From Candidatus Iainarchaeum sp. (GTDB lineage: Archaea; Iainarchaeota; Iainarchaeia; Iainarchaeales; CSSED10-239), in assembly GCA_028700115.1 (NCBI GenBank), contig JAQVTI010000008.1, positions 5,461 to 37,460 on the forward strand: 32,000 bases of DNA, in the 5' to 3' direction. The notes beneath the pieces were generated by a model. It was given only the letters and a program-made list of their open reading frames with translations. It ran no database searches and had not been told where the DNA came from. The position numbers and the translations under genes were made by a program. Below, piece after piece: positions 1 to 8,147 of this stretch. Numbering within the stretch: position 1 is the stretch's first letter; every line of letters starts with the position of its first letter.

Positions 1-3000
1 ATAGGTATTTTTGCAATTGCAGAAGTAAATTGTGAATCTTTTGAAGCAGTTGCAATAATTTCAAAATTGGTATTTGTATTTTTTAAAATAGTCACTGGTC
101 CTCTAATATCTAAACTTAAAGAATCTGCTTGCTCTATCCATATTGGTTCTCCAAAACTTATATCTGTTACAATTGTATCAGATAAATTTTCAATAAAGAA
201 AGACTTTATTTCACTTGATTGAGAATTCCCTAAATTTATCAAAATTTCCTTAGGGGTATTTAAAACCCCATCATCTGCGATAAGTATTTCTCTAGTATAA
301 GGCTTATAACCATATGCAGAAACTGTAACATTTATTTTATTTACTACGAAATCAACCTTTACTTTATAAACCCCTTTTTTTCCATTAAGATTATTTCCTT
401 GAAATGAAGATATTAATTGATTATATTCATCTTCTATTTTAATAAATGCATTTTCTATAAAATTTCCATTTGTAGAATCAAATACTTCTATTTTTATATC
501 AGAACCATATGAAACAATATAATCTGGGGTAAATAAAACATTCATATTTCTTTTTTGGAAAATATCAAAATTTATTCTTTCGTTAATACCTTCTAAAGAA
601 TCAGAATAAATTAAAGTATCAATATAAGATATCCCAATATTTTTTGCAATAAAAAATACATAAACTTTTTTTCTAATACCTGCATCTAATGATATTGTAG
701 GTTGTGTAATATTATATTGAGAAATTGTTTCAAGATTAATATTTGTTGGATAAGAAAAATTATTTCCAGTTGAAATAAATGAAATTATAGGTTTTGTATT
801 TGATGTAGAAACATCAAAATTAATAGTTGTATTTTTAAAACTAAAAAATGTTGCCTCAAGAGCATATATTTCATCTTTTAATGCTATAAAATTATCTTTA
901 TCAAAATCAATTCCATCTTCAGAAATAAATTTATAAGATACACAAACTTCATCTTTACAATTTAAAGGAATATCAAAAACATCTATTTCTATATTTTTAG
1001 ATTCAGCATATAAAAATTGTTTAGAAGAATTTGATTTTTTATCTAAAAGAACAGAATCAATTGGATCTCTATAATAAGAATTATCTATTTTATCCCAAAC
1101 TCTATATTCAAAAATTGCTTTTAATTTAGAAGTATTTACAACATTTACTTTTATTTTAATTTGCTTTGTTCCAATATCTTGAGATTGTTTCCAATAAAGT
1201 TCAACCCATTTATTTATTTGCCCAGCTTTTCCTTCATTTAAAAAATCAACATCTTGATTTCCAGGTTCTGGTAAATAATTGTATGTTGTAGAATATCTAA
1301 AATCTGTAGAATCAGATAAAAATCCAGAAATACCATAACTCATATTTTCAGAATCAATTTCAAGATCATCTCCAGCTCTAATATGTACCCCACCTTCTTT
1401 TACATTTTTTGGGAAAAAAACATCAAAAATAAGATAATAATCTTTTCCTTCTGATAAAAAATTTACAGTTTTTCCAAAAGAATCTTTTATTTCTACAAAT
1501 TCTATTATTGGATAATTCCCTTCAAGATCATTTTCTGGATTTGTAATTGTAATACTTACAAACCCATCTTCATCTAAATTTTCTAAAGAAAAAGGAATTG
1601 TTGTAATATTCCCATTTTCATCATAATAATCTGCAAAAAATTCAGAATATCCTATATTATTAAAAAATATACGACCTTGATTTAAATCATCATCAAAAAG
1701 AACAGTATTATCTTTTGTTCTAATTGTTAAATGACCATCATCTATTAAACTACCATCTTTATTTAAAATTTCTAAATCTACTAAAATATCTGCTTTATCT
1801 ATTACAAATATAATTTTATTTTCTAAATAATCACTTATTGTAATATATTCAGAAATAGTTAAATCACCTACAAACACTTCAACTGCAAATTGTGAAAAGT
1901 TTTCTAAAGGAATAGATAAACTACCAGTTAAATCTACAGAATAAATTTCTGAATATGGGAGTATTAATTCATCTTGAATTTTATAAATTCTTATTTTTGC
2001 AGAACTTACAGGTAAATTTTTACTATCTACAACAAATATATTTAATAAAGAACTATTGTCTATTTTAATTTTTTCTAAAAAAATATCCTCTTGATTTTTT
2101 TCTTTTAATGAAATTTTTTTAACAGAACATAAATATGAATCTTTACATGCAGAAACAATAATATTTGAATCATTTTCTAAACCTGAAAATATAATTTTTC
2201 CAGAAAAATCAGTAATATTTGTATCTATAACATTATTATTTAAATCATAAATTGTAACTTTTGAATCTTCTAAAGGAATATATTGATCTAAATCTAATAT
2301 ATTTAAAGAAATTGAAGAACCCCCAACTTCTAAAATTATTGGAATAATTTTTTCTAATTCTAATATTCTATAAGAAGTTTGATTATCACTAAAATTAGTT
2401 CTATATCCTTCTTTTGAAACACTAAAATTTATTGTTTCTCCAGAATTAACTTTTATCAAAGCCTTCCCATCAATTGTTTTTGTAGTATCAATTAAATTTC
2501 CTTCAAGATTATATACATCAACAATTGCATCATTAATTAAATTCCCAGAAATATCATTTACTATAAAAATAACATCTGACTTCCCAGAAAAAGAAATATC
2601 TGAACTAATTACTAAATTTATTTCTTTTGTTTCAGAAGGATTTATAAGTTTAAAATTTCTAATTACAAAATCTTCATAATTATCTGCTTTTATTAAAATA
2701 TCTGATGTTTTATTTAATGGAACATCTAAAATTATATTATAATTATCTTTTTCTAAAGAATTAAAATTTTGATTAAAATCTTGACCATTTAATTTATATG
2801 AAATTGTTGCAATTGAATTAGGAATTATTTTTTTATTATCAGAATCATATATTATTAATTTTAAAGAACCATATTCTATAATTTCATCAAAAGATATAAT
2901 AATTTTATCATTTTTAGAAATTATTGTAAATTCTTTACTAAAAGATACATATCCTTCTTTTTCTGCTTTTAAGGAATAAACTTTTCCAATTTTTAATTTT

Positions 3001-3350
3001 TTATTTGTAATCACATCTTTATTATTTATATTCCCAGAAAAAATATTGTCTTTATCAACAGAATTAATTTTTAAATAAACATCATTTATTTCAAAATTAC
3101 TATAATCATAAATATTAAATTCCAAAGATACTTTTGGAGAAAAGATACCAATTAATAAAAAAATTAAAATTAAAATAATTATTAAAAAGATACCTCCAAA
3201 AACAGCAACTGGAGGAATTCCCTTATCTTCTAACTTTTCATTAATAGAATTTAAATTAATTCCTTTTTTTGTAATCCAATCTGAAAATTTATAATAAATA
3301 TTTTCAACATAGTTAAATAATTTTGAAAAAAAATTTTGTTTCTCACTCAT
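1..3350 (-). CDS. Large N-terminally membrane-anchored surface protein; start present, C-terminus cut by window edge (>=1116 codons)
   Basis: Absent from the ORF track because no stop lies in the window. Hand translation from ATG 3350..3348 (MSEKQNFFSKLFNYVENIYYKF...) stays open to position 3. One hydrophobic anchor (PPVAVFGGIFLIIILILIFLLIGIF) is followed by >1000 aa of repeated beta-sandwich-like segments resembling carboxypeptidase-regulatory/Ig-like repeats (e.g. DVYNLEGNLIDTTKTIDGKALIKVNSGETINFSVSKEGY; VTIYDLNNNVIDTNITDFSGKIIFSGL). Confidence 0.8.
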   Translation of the reverse strand, partial: MSEKQNFFSKLFNYVENIYYKFSDWITKKGINLNSINEKLEDKGIPPVAVFGGIFLIIILILIFLLIGIFSPKVSLEFNIYDYSNFEINDVYLKINSVDKDNIFSGNINNKDVITNKKLKIGKVYSLKAEKEGYVSFSKEFTIISKNDKIIISFDEIIEYGSLKLIIYDSDNKKIIPNSIATISYKLNGQDFNQNFNSLEKDNYNIILDVPLNKTSDILIKADNYEDFVIRNFKLINPSETKEINLVISSDISFSGKSDVIFIVNDISGNLINDAIVDVYNLEGNLIDTTKTIDGKALIKVNSGETINFSVSKEGYRTNFSDNQTSYRILELEKIIPIILEVGGSSISLNILDLDQYIPLEDSKVTIYDLNNNVIDTNITDFSGKIIFSGLENDSNIIVSACKDSYLCSVKKISLKEKNQEDIFLEKIKIDNSSLLNIFVVDSKNLPVSSAKIRIYKIQDELILPYSEIYSVDLTGSLSIPLENFSQFAVEVFVGDLTISEYITISDYLENKIIFVIDKADILVDLEILNKDGSLIDDGHLTIRTKDNTVLFDDDLNQGRIFFNNIGYSEFFADYYDENGNITTIPFSLENLDEDGFVSITITNPENDLEGNYPIIEFVEIKDSFGKTVNFLSEGKDYYLIFDVFFPKNVKEGGVHIRAGDDLEIDSENMSYGISGFLSDSTDFRYSTTYNYLPEPGNQDVDFLNEGKAGQINKWVELYWKQSQDIGTKQIKIKVNVVNTSKLKAIFEYRVWDKIDNSYYRDPIDSVLLDKKSNSSKQFLYAESKNIEIDVFDIPLNCKDEVCVSYKFISEDGIDFDKDNFIALKDEIYALEATFFSFKNTTINFDVSTSNTKPIISFISTGNNFSYPTNINLETISQYNITQPTISLDAGIRKKVYVFFIAKNIGISYIDTLIYSDSLEGINERINFDIFQKRNMNVLFTPDYIVSYGSDIKIEVFDSTNGNFIENAFIKIEDEYNQLISSFQGNNLNGKKGVYKVKVDFVVNKINVTVSAYGYKPYTREILIADDGVLNTPKEILINLGNSQSSEIKSFFIENLSDTIVTDISFGEPIWIEQADSLSLDIRGPVTILKNTNTNFEIIATASKDSQFTSAIAKIP

Positions 3351-3704
3351 ATTTTTCGTCTCATTTTTTTTAGTTTAAAAATTTTATATTAATTACAATA
3401 TATATTCTTTATTTATATATAATATATATAAAATATATAAAGATATCTATAATATATTAATTCTATAAAGTTATTTAAATATATTTTATTTTAAAAAAAA
3501 AGAAAAAAAGAAAAATTATTTTTTAAATAACTCTTTTATACCTTTATCAAATACAATTACATAAAAAAACACATAGATTAATTAAAAATAAAACTAATTG
3601 AAACTATAAATATTTCTATTAAAGATATTAATTTTTGAATACATCTAAAATATACTCTTTTTAAACATTTTGAAATGAAATATAAATACATTATAATAAT
3701 TAAA

Positions 3705-3710
3705 AGGAGG
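3705..3710 (+). promoter_or_regulatory. Shine-Dalgarno AGGAGG for the 3713/3719 gene
   Basis: AGGAGG lies 2 nt before ATG 3713 and 8 nt before ATG 3719. The spacing favours 3719 as the real start. Confidence 0.6.
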
Positions 3711-3712
3711 AA

Positions 3713-4057
3713 ATGAATATGATTAAACTTCAAAAAATTGGAGCTTATGCATTTCTACTTGGTATTTTAATTTCAATAATTTTTGGATTAATTAGTTCTC
3801 TTACAAATGCTTCATGGGTTCAAATTGTTCTAATTGTTTTAGGATTAGTTGTTGGATTATTAAATATTGAAGATAGAAACATAAGTTTATTTTTAATTGC
3901 AACAATTGCTTTTATTGCAACTTCAACATCTCTAAACTCTCTTCCAATAATAGGAAGTATCTTTAGAAATGTTTTAGTTAACATGATACATTTTATAGCA
4001 CCAGCTGCATTAATTGTTTCAATCGTAGCAATAATTAGAGTTGCAAACAACAAATAG
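3713..4057 (+). CDS. Small polytopic membrane protein (about 3-4 TM), unknown function
   Basis: 114-aa ORF made almost entirely of hydrophobic helices, with an SD upstream. The likely true start is ATG 3719. The antisense ORF 3820..4053 is a shadow. Confidence 0.7.
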   Translation: MNMIKLQKIGAYAFLLGILISIIFGLISSLTNASWVQIVLIVLGLVVGLLNIEDRNISLFLIATIAFIATSTSLNSLPIIGSIFRNVLVNMIHFIAPAALIVSIVAIIRVANNK

Positions 4058-4096
4058 TTTTTATTTTAAAAAAAACTATTTTTCTTTTTCTTTTTT
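4052..4096 (+). terminator. Hairpin plus T5-C-T5-C-T6 terminator at a convergent gene junction
   Basis: AAATAGTTTTT (4052-4062) pairs with AAAAACTATTT (4071-4081) and is followed by TTCTTTTTCTTTTTT. The TAG stop of the plus gene sits in the stem. Oligo-T tracts are the known archaeal termination signal. Confidence 0.5.
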
Positions 4097-4384
4097 AAAA
4101 TTAATATTAATTAATTGATTAACAGAATAAATCTTTGTTGCATTTTTAATTTTAACAACAGGTATATTAATTTCTCTTAAAAATATAAAAATATGAGATA
4201 AAAAAGATCCTTTTTCTACAATAATACCATTTACTTTTGATAAATAAGGTAAGATATTTAAATTTAATTCTTCAATAACTAAAACTTTATTATTTAAATT
4301 TACTTTATCTAAATCTTCTAAATTATTAAATAAAACACATTTTCCAAAAATATTTCCTTTTACTAAAAATTCCATAATTATCAA
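4076..4384 (-). CDS. Stand-alone PEP-utilizing-enzyme mobile (phosphohistidine swivel) domain protein
   Basis: GIIVEKGSFLSHIFIFLREINIPVV aligns with the swivel motif of the ppsA in this window ([26 protein letters not shown]), including the His. The ORF-track start is TTG 4384; ATG 4375 preceded by GTTGAT is more likely. Confidence 0.65.
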   Translation of the reverse strand: MIIMEFLVKGNIFGKCVLFNNLEDLDKVNLNNKVLVIEELNLNILPYLSKVNGIIVEKGSFLSHIFIFLREINIPVVKIKNATKIYSVNQLININFKKEKEK

Positions 4385-4912
4385 CTACAAATATTTTATT
4401 TTTAAAAAATTAAACGTACTATTCACCATACGTTCAATAGAACCTTTATCAACTTGTTTAAAATCATAATTAGTAAAATCTTTCTTATTATCAATAATTT
4501 TAATATTTAAATCTTCTTTTAACCCTAAATTTTTCAAAATATTTATAATAGCATATTTAATTTTATCATTATTTGAATTAAATTTTTTTAATTCATTTAT
4601 TTTAGGAAGAATACCTAAATATAAATATTCAGAAAATATTCCAGAATCTAAAAGGTGCCCTGTTATAAAAAATTTTGGAGATTCAATTATTTTTAAACAA
4701 ATAATAAAAGAATAATCTTCAAATAAATATTCTTTATAAAAATAATTATTCTTTACAAAAAAATTAGAACATAATCCTCTAAAGATAGGCGATTCAATAT
4801 TTAAATTAAATTCAGCGAATAATTTAAATTTTTTATAATCTTGTAAATTCATTTTTTTAAATTTAGATAAATTATATTTTTTATCATAATTTAATTCAAA
4901 ATTATATTCCAA
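4385..4912 (-). CDS. Hypothetical protein, in frame with and directly upstream of the swivel-domain ORF; possibly a gene fragment
   Basis: 175-aa ORF with a TTG start only. The frame stays open 26 codons further upstream to a TGA at 4991-4993 with no ATG. It is separated from the downstream ORF by one in-frame TAG (4385-4387). No motif recognised. Confidence 0.4.
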   Translation of the reverse strand: MEYNFELNYDKKYNLSKFKKMNLQDYKKFKLFAEFNLNIESPIFRGLCSNFFVKNNYFYKEYLFEDYSFIICLKIIESPKFFITGHLLDSGIFSEYLYLGILPKINELKKFNSNNDKIKYAIINILKNLGLKEDLNIKIIDNKKDFTNYDFKQVDKGSIERMVNSTFNFLKIKYL

Positions 4913-5260
4913 AGTAGGATCTTTTCTTTTTTTAATTAAAGTATCTAAAACTAAATTATAAATATTTTTAGGAGTATCTAAAGGTCTATATCATCTCCAG
5001 ACCAATCATCACAATTAGTACTATAAATTCCAAAAAAACATTTATCATTTTTTATTTTTTTATTTATATATAAAACAATCTAAAAATAAAAATAGGCAGA
5101 AAAGAAGAAGGAAAAAATCCTTCTAATTTTTTTGTAAAATTTTTTAAAAAAGGGGTTTTTTAAAAAATATATTTGTTTAGTGTAAAAAGGCAGAAAAAAG
5201 GAAAGCTTAAGGAAAAAAGATATAAAAGTTAAAAGGGGTTTTTTTAAGGGGTTAAAAAAA

Positions 5261-5713
5261 TTATCTAACAATAAAGTATACCTTTCTTCCAGCTTGAACC
5301 TTTTTTAAGTATTTATCTTTGACTAGTTTATTTAGTCTCTGTGAAGCAGCGTTTGAAGCTTTATAATTAAAAGCTAACTGAACCATGCTTGCATCCACTT
5401 TTCCTTTCTCTCTAATAAAAGAGATTATCTTGTCATCAACTTCTGGTAAAATATTAATTTCATCAGAATTATTTTCTTTGTCTTGCTTGTTTTTTAGAAG
5501 AAACTGTAATTTGTCATATTTTTCTTGCATATCTTCTAAAATCTTATTTGTTTTTTTTCTCTCTTCTAATAGTTGATGCATGATAACAGAAAGAATCAAT
5601 GGATCATTAAACTTCTCTTGGATTTGAATAATAGCATCCAAACCCAGCTCTTTACTCTTATCTTTTAAAAGAAGATCTAAGACTTCTTTTTTTGTAGTAT
5701 CATTTTGTATCAT
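5261..5713 (-). CDS. Winged-helix DNA-binding protein with N-terminal coiled-coil (MarR/ArsR-like C-terminal wHTH)
   Basis: The C-terminus IISFIREKGKVDASMVQLAFNYKASNAASQRLNKLVKDKYLKKVQAGRKVYFIV has a typical helix-turn-helix-wing pattern. The N-terminal half is heptad-like and charged. Confidence 0.55.
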   Translation of the reverse strand: MIQNDTTKKEVLDLLLKDKSKELGLDAIIQIQEKFNDPLILSVIMHQLLEERKKTNKILEDMQEKYDKLQFLLKNKQDKENNSDEINILPEVDDKIISFIREKGKVDASMVQLAFNYKASNAASQRLNKLVKDKYLKKVQAGRKVYFIVR

Positions 5714-5719
5714 AATATA

Positions 5720-5736
5720 TCATGATAGTGTCATGA
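5720..5736. promoter_or_regulatory. Palindrome TCATGA-N5-TCATGA next to the wHTH gene start; candidate operator
   Basis: TCATGATAGTGTCATGA lies 7 nt upstream of ATG 5713 on the minus strand, between a TTTTAAAC TATA-like element and the start codon. Confidence 0.3.
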
Positions 5737-5887
5737 AAGGTTTAAAAGAGGTTCGTTTTAATTTTCCAAAAGAAATAGGGTTTTTGGTTTTGTTTCCAAA
5801 CTAAAATTTTATAGGAAAATATACTTGGTTTTTTCCTAAAAATATATAATATATTATATATAATACATACAATTTATAAATCTTCCT

Positions 5888-6973
5888 TTAAAATATCCTA
5901 GATTCTCTTCTAAATAGCCTAAACCCATAAAATTTAGTTCTCTCAAATATACTTCTAGTAATTGAATCTATTTCATCAGGTTTTAATCTAGATCTTAAAT
6001 CTGCTTCAATTAAACAAGAAGGATAAACATATTTAGGATTAAATGCAGAAACAGAAGAAATGTTTGAAGCAATAAAATCTGTATATTCTTTTAAAGATAA
6101 ACCAAATTCCTTAAAATAAATAAATTCTAATCTCAAAGGATAATCATCTTCTGAAAGCTTAAGATACATTACATATAAATTATCTGCAAATTCTTTAGGA
6201 TAATCTTTTAGAATTGGATGTTCTTTATAACTATCTGTATATTTTATAACACAGGTTCTTTGGTTTTTCTTAAGTAGAGAAAAAACAAAAAAAGAATCAT
6301 AAATTTCAGAAATATTATGTTTATTTAAAATTTTATTTTCTATAAATTTATAAAACAAATTAGCTCTGCTATCTTCAATACATCCTACAAGAAAAACGTT
6401 TTTATTTTTTGATAAATTATATAGATTATAAAATTTATCTAACAAATCATTATAACTTTTAAAAAGCTTAGAACCTTCTGTTGGTCTAGATATATATTGA
6501 GGGATAATTGAACCATCTAAAAGCATAAACTTAATTTCTTCATTTTCTATAATTTTAGAAGATAAAGAAACTTCTTTTTCTAATCTTAAAATAGAAGTAT
6601 TCCACATCACTTCTTCTAGTTCAAGAGAAGAAGTTGTAAGATATGGTTTTGCTAAGTTATATGAATTTGGATAATATATTGTTTTTTCTAGTTTAGAATC
6701 TTTATATCTAAAAACAGCTCCTGCTTCTTTAATAATTGTAATATTTGCAAAATTAAATTGTTTGTTTACAAACCCAGAATCAGTTCCTGCAAATGAGAAG
6801 TTTTGATTTTTATTTACATCTATATTTTCAATAATGTTTTCTTCAAGATTATAAATATTTCTTTCTTTTGTAAAATCTGTTTTTTTTATATTTGAAACAA
6901 TAGCGTTATTTTTTTCATAGCTAGAAACCATTTTTTTAATAATCTCGTCCAAATTATCCTGCATTATAATCAC
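5888..6973 (-). CDS. nurA: NurA-like 5'-3' nuclease domain protein
   Basis: NurA-type acidic motifs are present: FAGTDSGFV, FMLLDGSIIPQY and VFLVGCIEDSRANLF. The track start GTG 6973 is probably the SD (GTGAT); ATG 6964 is more likely. Confidence 0.6.
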   Translation of the reverse strand: MIIMQDNLDEIIKKMVSSYEKNNAIVSNIKKTDFTKERNIYNLEENIIENIDVNKNQNFSFAGTDSGFVNKQFNFANITIIKEAGAVFRYKDSKLEKTIYYPNSYNLAKPYLTTSSLELEEVMWNTSILRLEKEVSLSSKIIENEEIKFMLLDGSIIPQYISRPTEGSKLFKSYNDLLDKFYNLYNLSKNKNVFLVGCIEDSRANLFYKFIENKILNKHNISEIYDSFFVFSLLKKNQRTCVIKYTDSYKEHPILKDYPKEFADNLYVMYLKLSEDDYPLRLEFIYFKEFGLSLKEYTDFIASNISSVSAFNPKYVYPSCLIEADLRSRLKPDEIDSITRSIFERTKFYGFRLFRRESRIF

Positions 6974-7107
6974 TTATCTAAATCTAAACCAAGATTTTTT
7001 AATAATTGTTCATGAGTTATATAATTTCCTTTTTTAAAATTTTCTCTAGCTTCTTTTAGTTCCTTATAAACATCAATTTTTTCTAAATAATTATTATCTT
7101 TACCCAT
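6970..7107 (-). CDS. 45-aa ORF below the track threshold (MGKDNNYLEKIDVYKELKEARENFKKGNYITHEQLLKNLGLDLDK)
   Basis: Found by hand. ATG at 7107..7105 lies 5 nt after the htpX stop. TGA at 6972..6970 overlaps the GTGAT/GTG just upstream of nurA. The helical, charged sequence ends in a ...G.yit.eqLlk.LGL pattern seen in small antitoxin-like or adaptor proteins. Confidence 0.45.
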   Translation of the reverse strand: MGKDNNYLEKIDVYKELKEARENFKKGNYITHEQLLKNLGLDLDK

Positions 7108-7112
7108 AAAAA

Positions 7113-8024
7113 TCACATTTGTTCAAGTTTATTTATTCTATCTTGAATAGGTGGATGTGTTGCAAATAAATTAGATATATTCTTACCTCTAAAAGGACTT
7201 GAAATATATAAATGAGCAGTTCCTTTTGTTGCACTTTTTACTGGTTGACTAAATCCGCTTATCTTTCTTAAAGCATCTGCTAGACCTTTTGGGTTTCTTG
7301 TAATTTTTGCACCAGAGGCATCTGCTAAATATTCTCTTTTTCTAGAAATTGTCATCTGTATCATTGCAGCAACAATTGGTGAAAGAATAATAAAAAAGAT
7401 AGCAACTATTAATAAAATAATATTACCATTTCCTTTTGAATCTCTACTTCCAGAAGCTCCTCCAAAAATTAAACTTCTTAAGGCAATATCTGAAATAATA
7501 GAAATTAAACCAAACAAAACAGTTACAATTGTCATAACCTTAATATCTCTGTTTTTTATATGTGAAAGTTCATGTGCTAAAACACCTTCAAGCTCTTCTC
7601 TATTTAATATTTCTAATATACCAGAAGTTACAGCAATTGAAGAATGCTCTGGATCTCTTCCTGTTGCAAATGCATTTGGTGAAGGATCATTTATTATATA
7701 TATTTTAGGTTTGGAAAGTCCAGAAGCCATAGCAAGACCTTCAACTGTATTATCTAAAAATCTATGTTTAGGAAATTTATCTGGTTCAATTGGTTTTGCT
7801 TTTGAAGTTGCAAGAACAATTTTATCTCCTGAATAATAACTAACAAGTCCATAAACTATTGCAAAAATTCCTGCAATTATTAAAATCCCAAATCCAGTTT
7901 CTGCAAATATAAAATGCAGAGCTACTCCAATTAATCCAATGAATACAAAAAATGCAAAAAATAATAAAAATGTTTTAAAATTATTTCTTCTGATTTCAGC
8001 ATAAAAAGATTTATCATAATTCAT
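7113..8024 (-). CDS. htpX: HtpX-type M48 zinc metalloprotease (membrane)
   Basis: HELSHI (HExxH), N-terminal and central TM helices, and the C-terminal EYLADASGAKITRNPKGLADALRKI motif typical of HtpX. Confidence 0.9.
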   Translation of the reverse strand: MNYDKSFYAEIRRNNFKTFLLFFAFFVFIGLIGVALHFIFAETGFGILIIAGIFAIVYGLVSYYSGDKIVLATSKAKPIEPDKFPKHRFLDNTVEGLAMASGLSKPKIYIINDPSPNAFATGRDPEHSSIAVTSGILEILNREELEGVLAHELSHIKNRDIKVMTIVTVLFGLISIISDIALRSLIFGGASGSRDSKGNGNIILLIVAIFFIILSPIVAAMIQMTISRKREYLADASGAKITRNPKGLADALRKISGFSQPVKSATKGTAHLYISSPFRGKNISNLFATHPPIQDRINKLEQM

Positions 8025-8096
8025 AGATATTCACATTATAATATATAATATAGAAAAAGAAACAAAGAATATAAAAATAGATTTATTTAATTAAAA

Positions 8097-8145
8097 ATAA
8101 AAAAGAAAAAAAGAAAAAGGAGATTTTTTTGTTTTAAAAAAATCT
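8097..8145 (-). terminator. Hairpin plus oligo-T terminator after the 8148..9455 gene
   Basis: Read on the minus strand: AGATTTTTTT-AAAAC-AAAAAAATCT (10-bp stem), then CC-TTTTTCTTTTTTTCTTTTTT, starting 3 nt after the TAG stop. Confidence 0.5.
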
Positions 8146-8147
8146 AA

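Noticed and set aside
1-3350. The absence of any track ORF over 3.3 kb might signal an alternative genetic code or non-coding DNA
   Set aside because: Hand translation with the standard code is open for all 1116 codons on the minus strand. The ORF was simply not reported because its stop lies outside the window. TGA, TAG and TAA all terminate well-supported genes elsewhere in the window.
3351-3712. Long AT-rich divergent intergenic region (and 5714..5887) as a replication origin
   Set aside because: There are no ORB-like repeated elements with G-strings, no orc1/cdc6 gene nearby, and the composition does not differ from other spacers. Divergent promoters are a sufficient explanation.
5080-5271. 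63-aa ORF (MLDNFFNPLKKPLL...)
   Set aside because: The F/K/L/P low-complexity product arises from a T-tract-rich spacer. It has no SD and overlaps the stop region of the wHTH gene. The region is better explained as terminator or spacer sequence.
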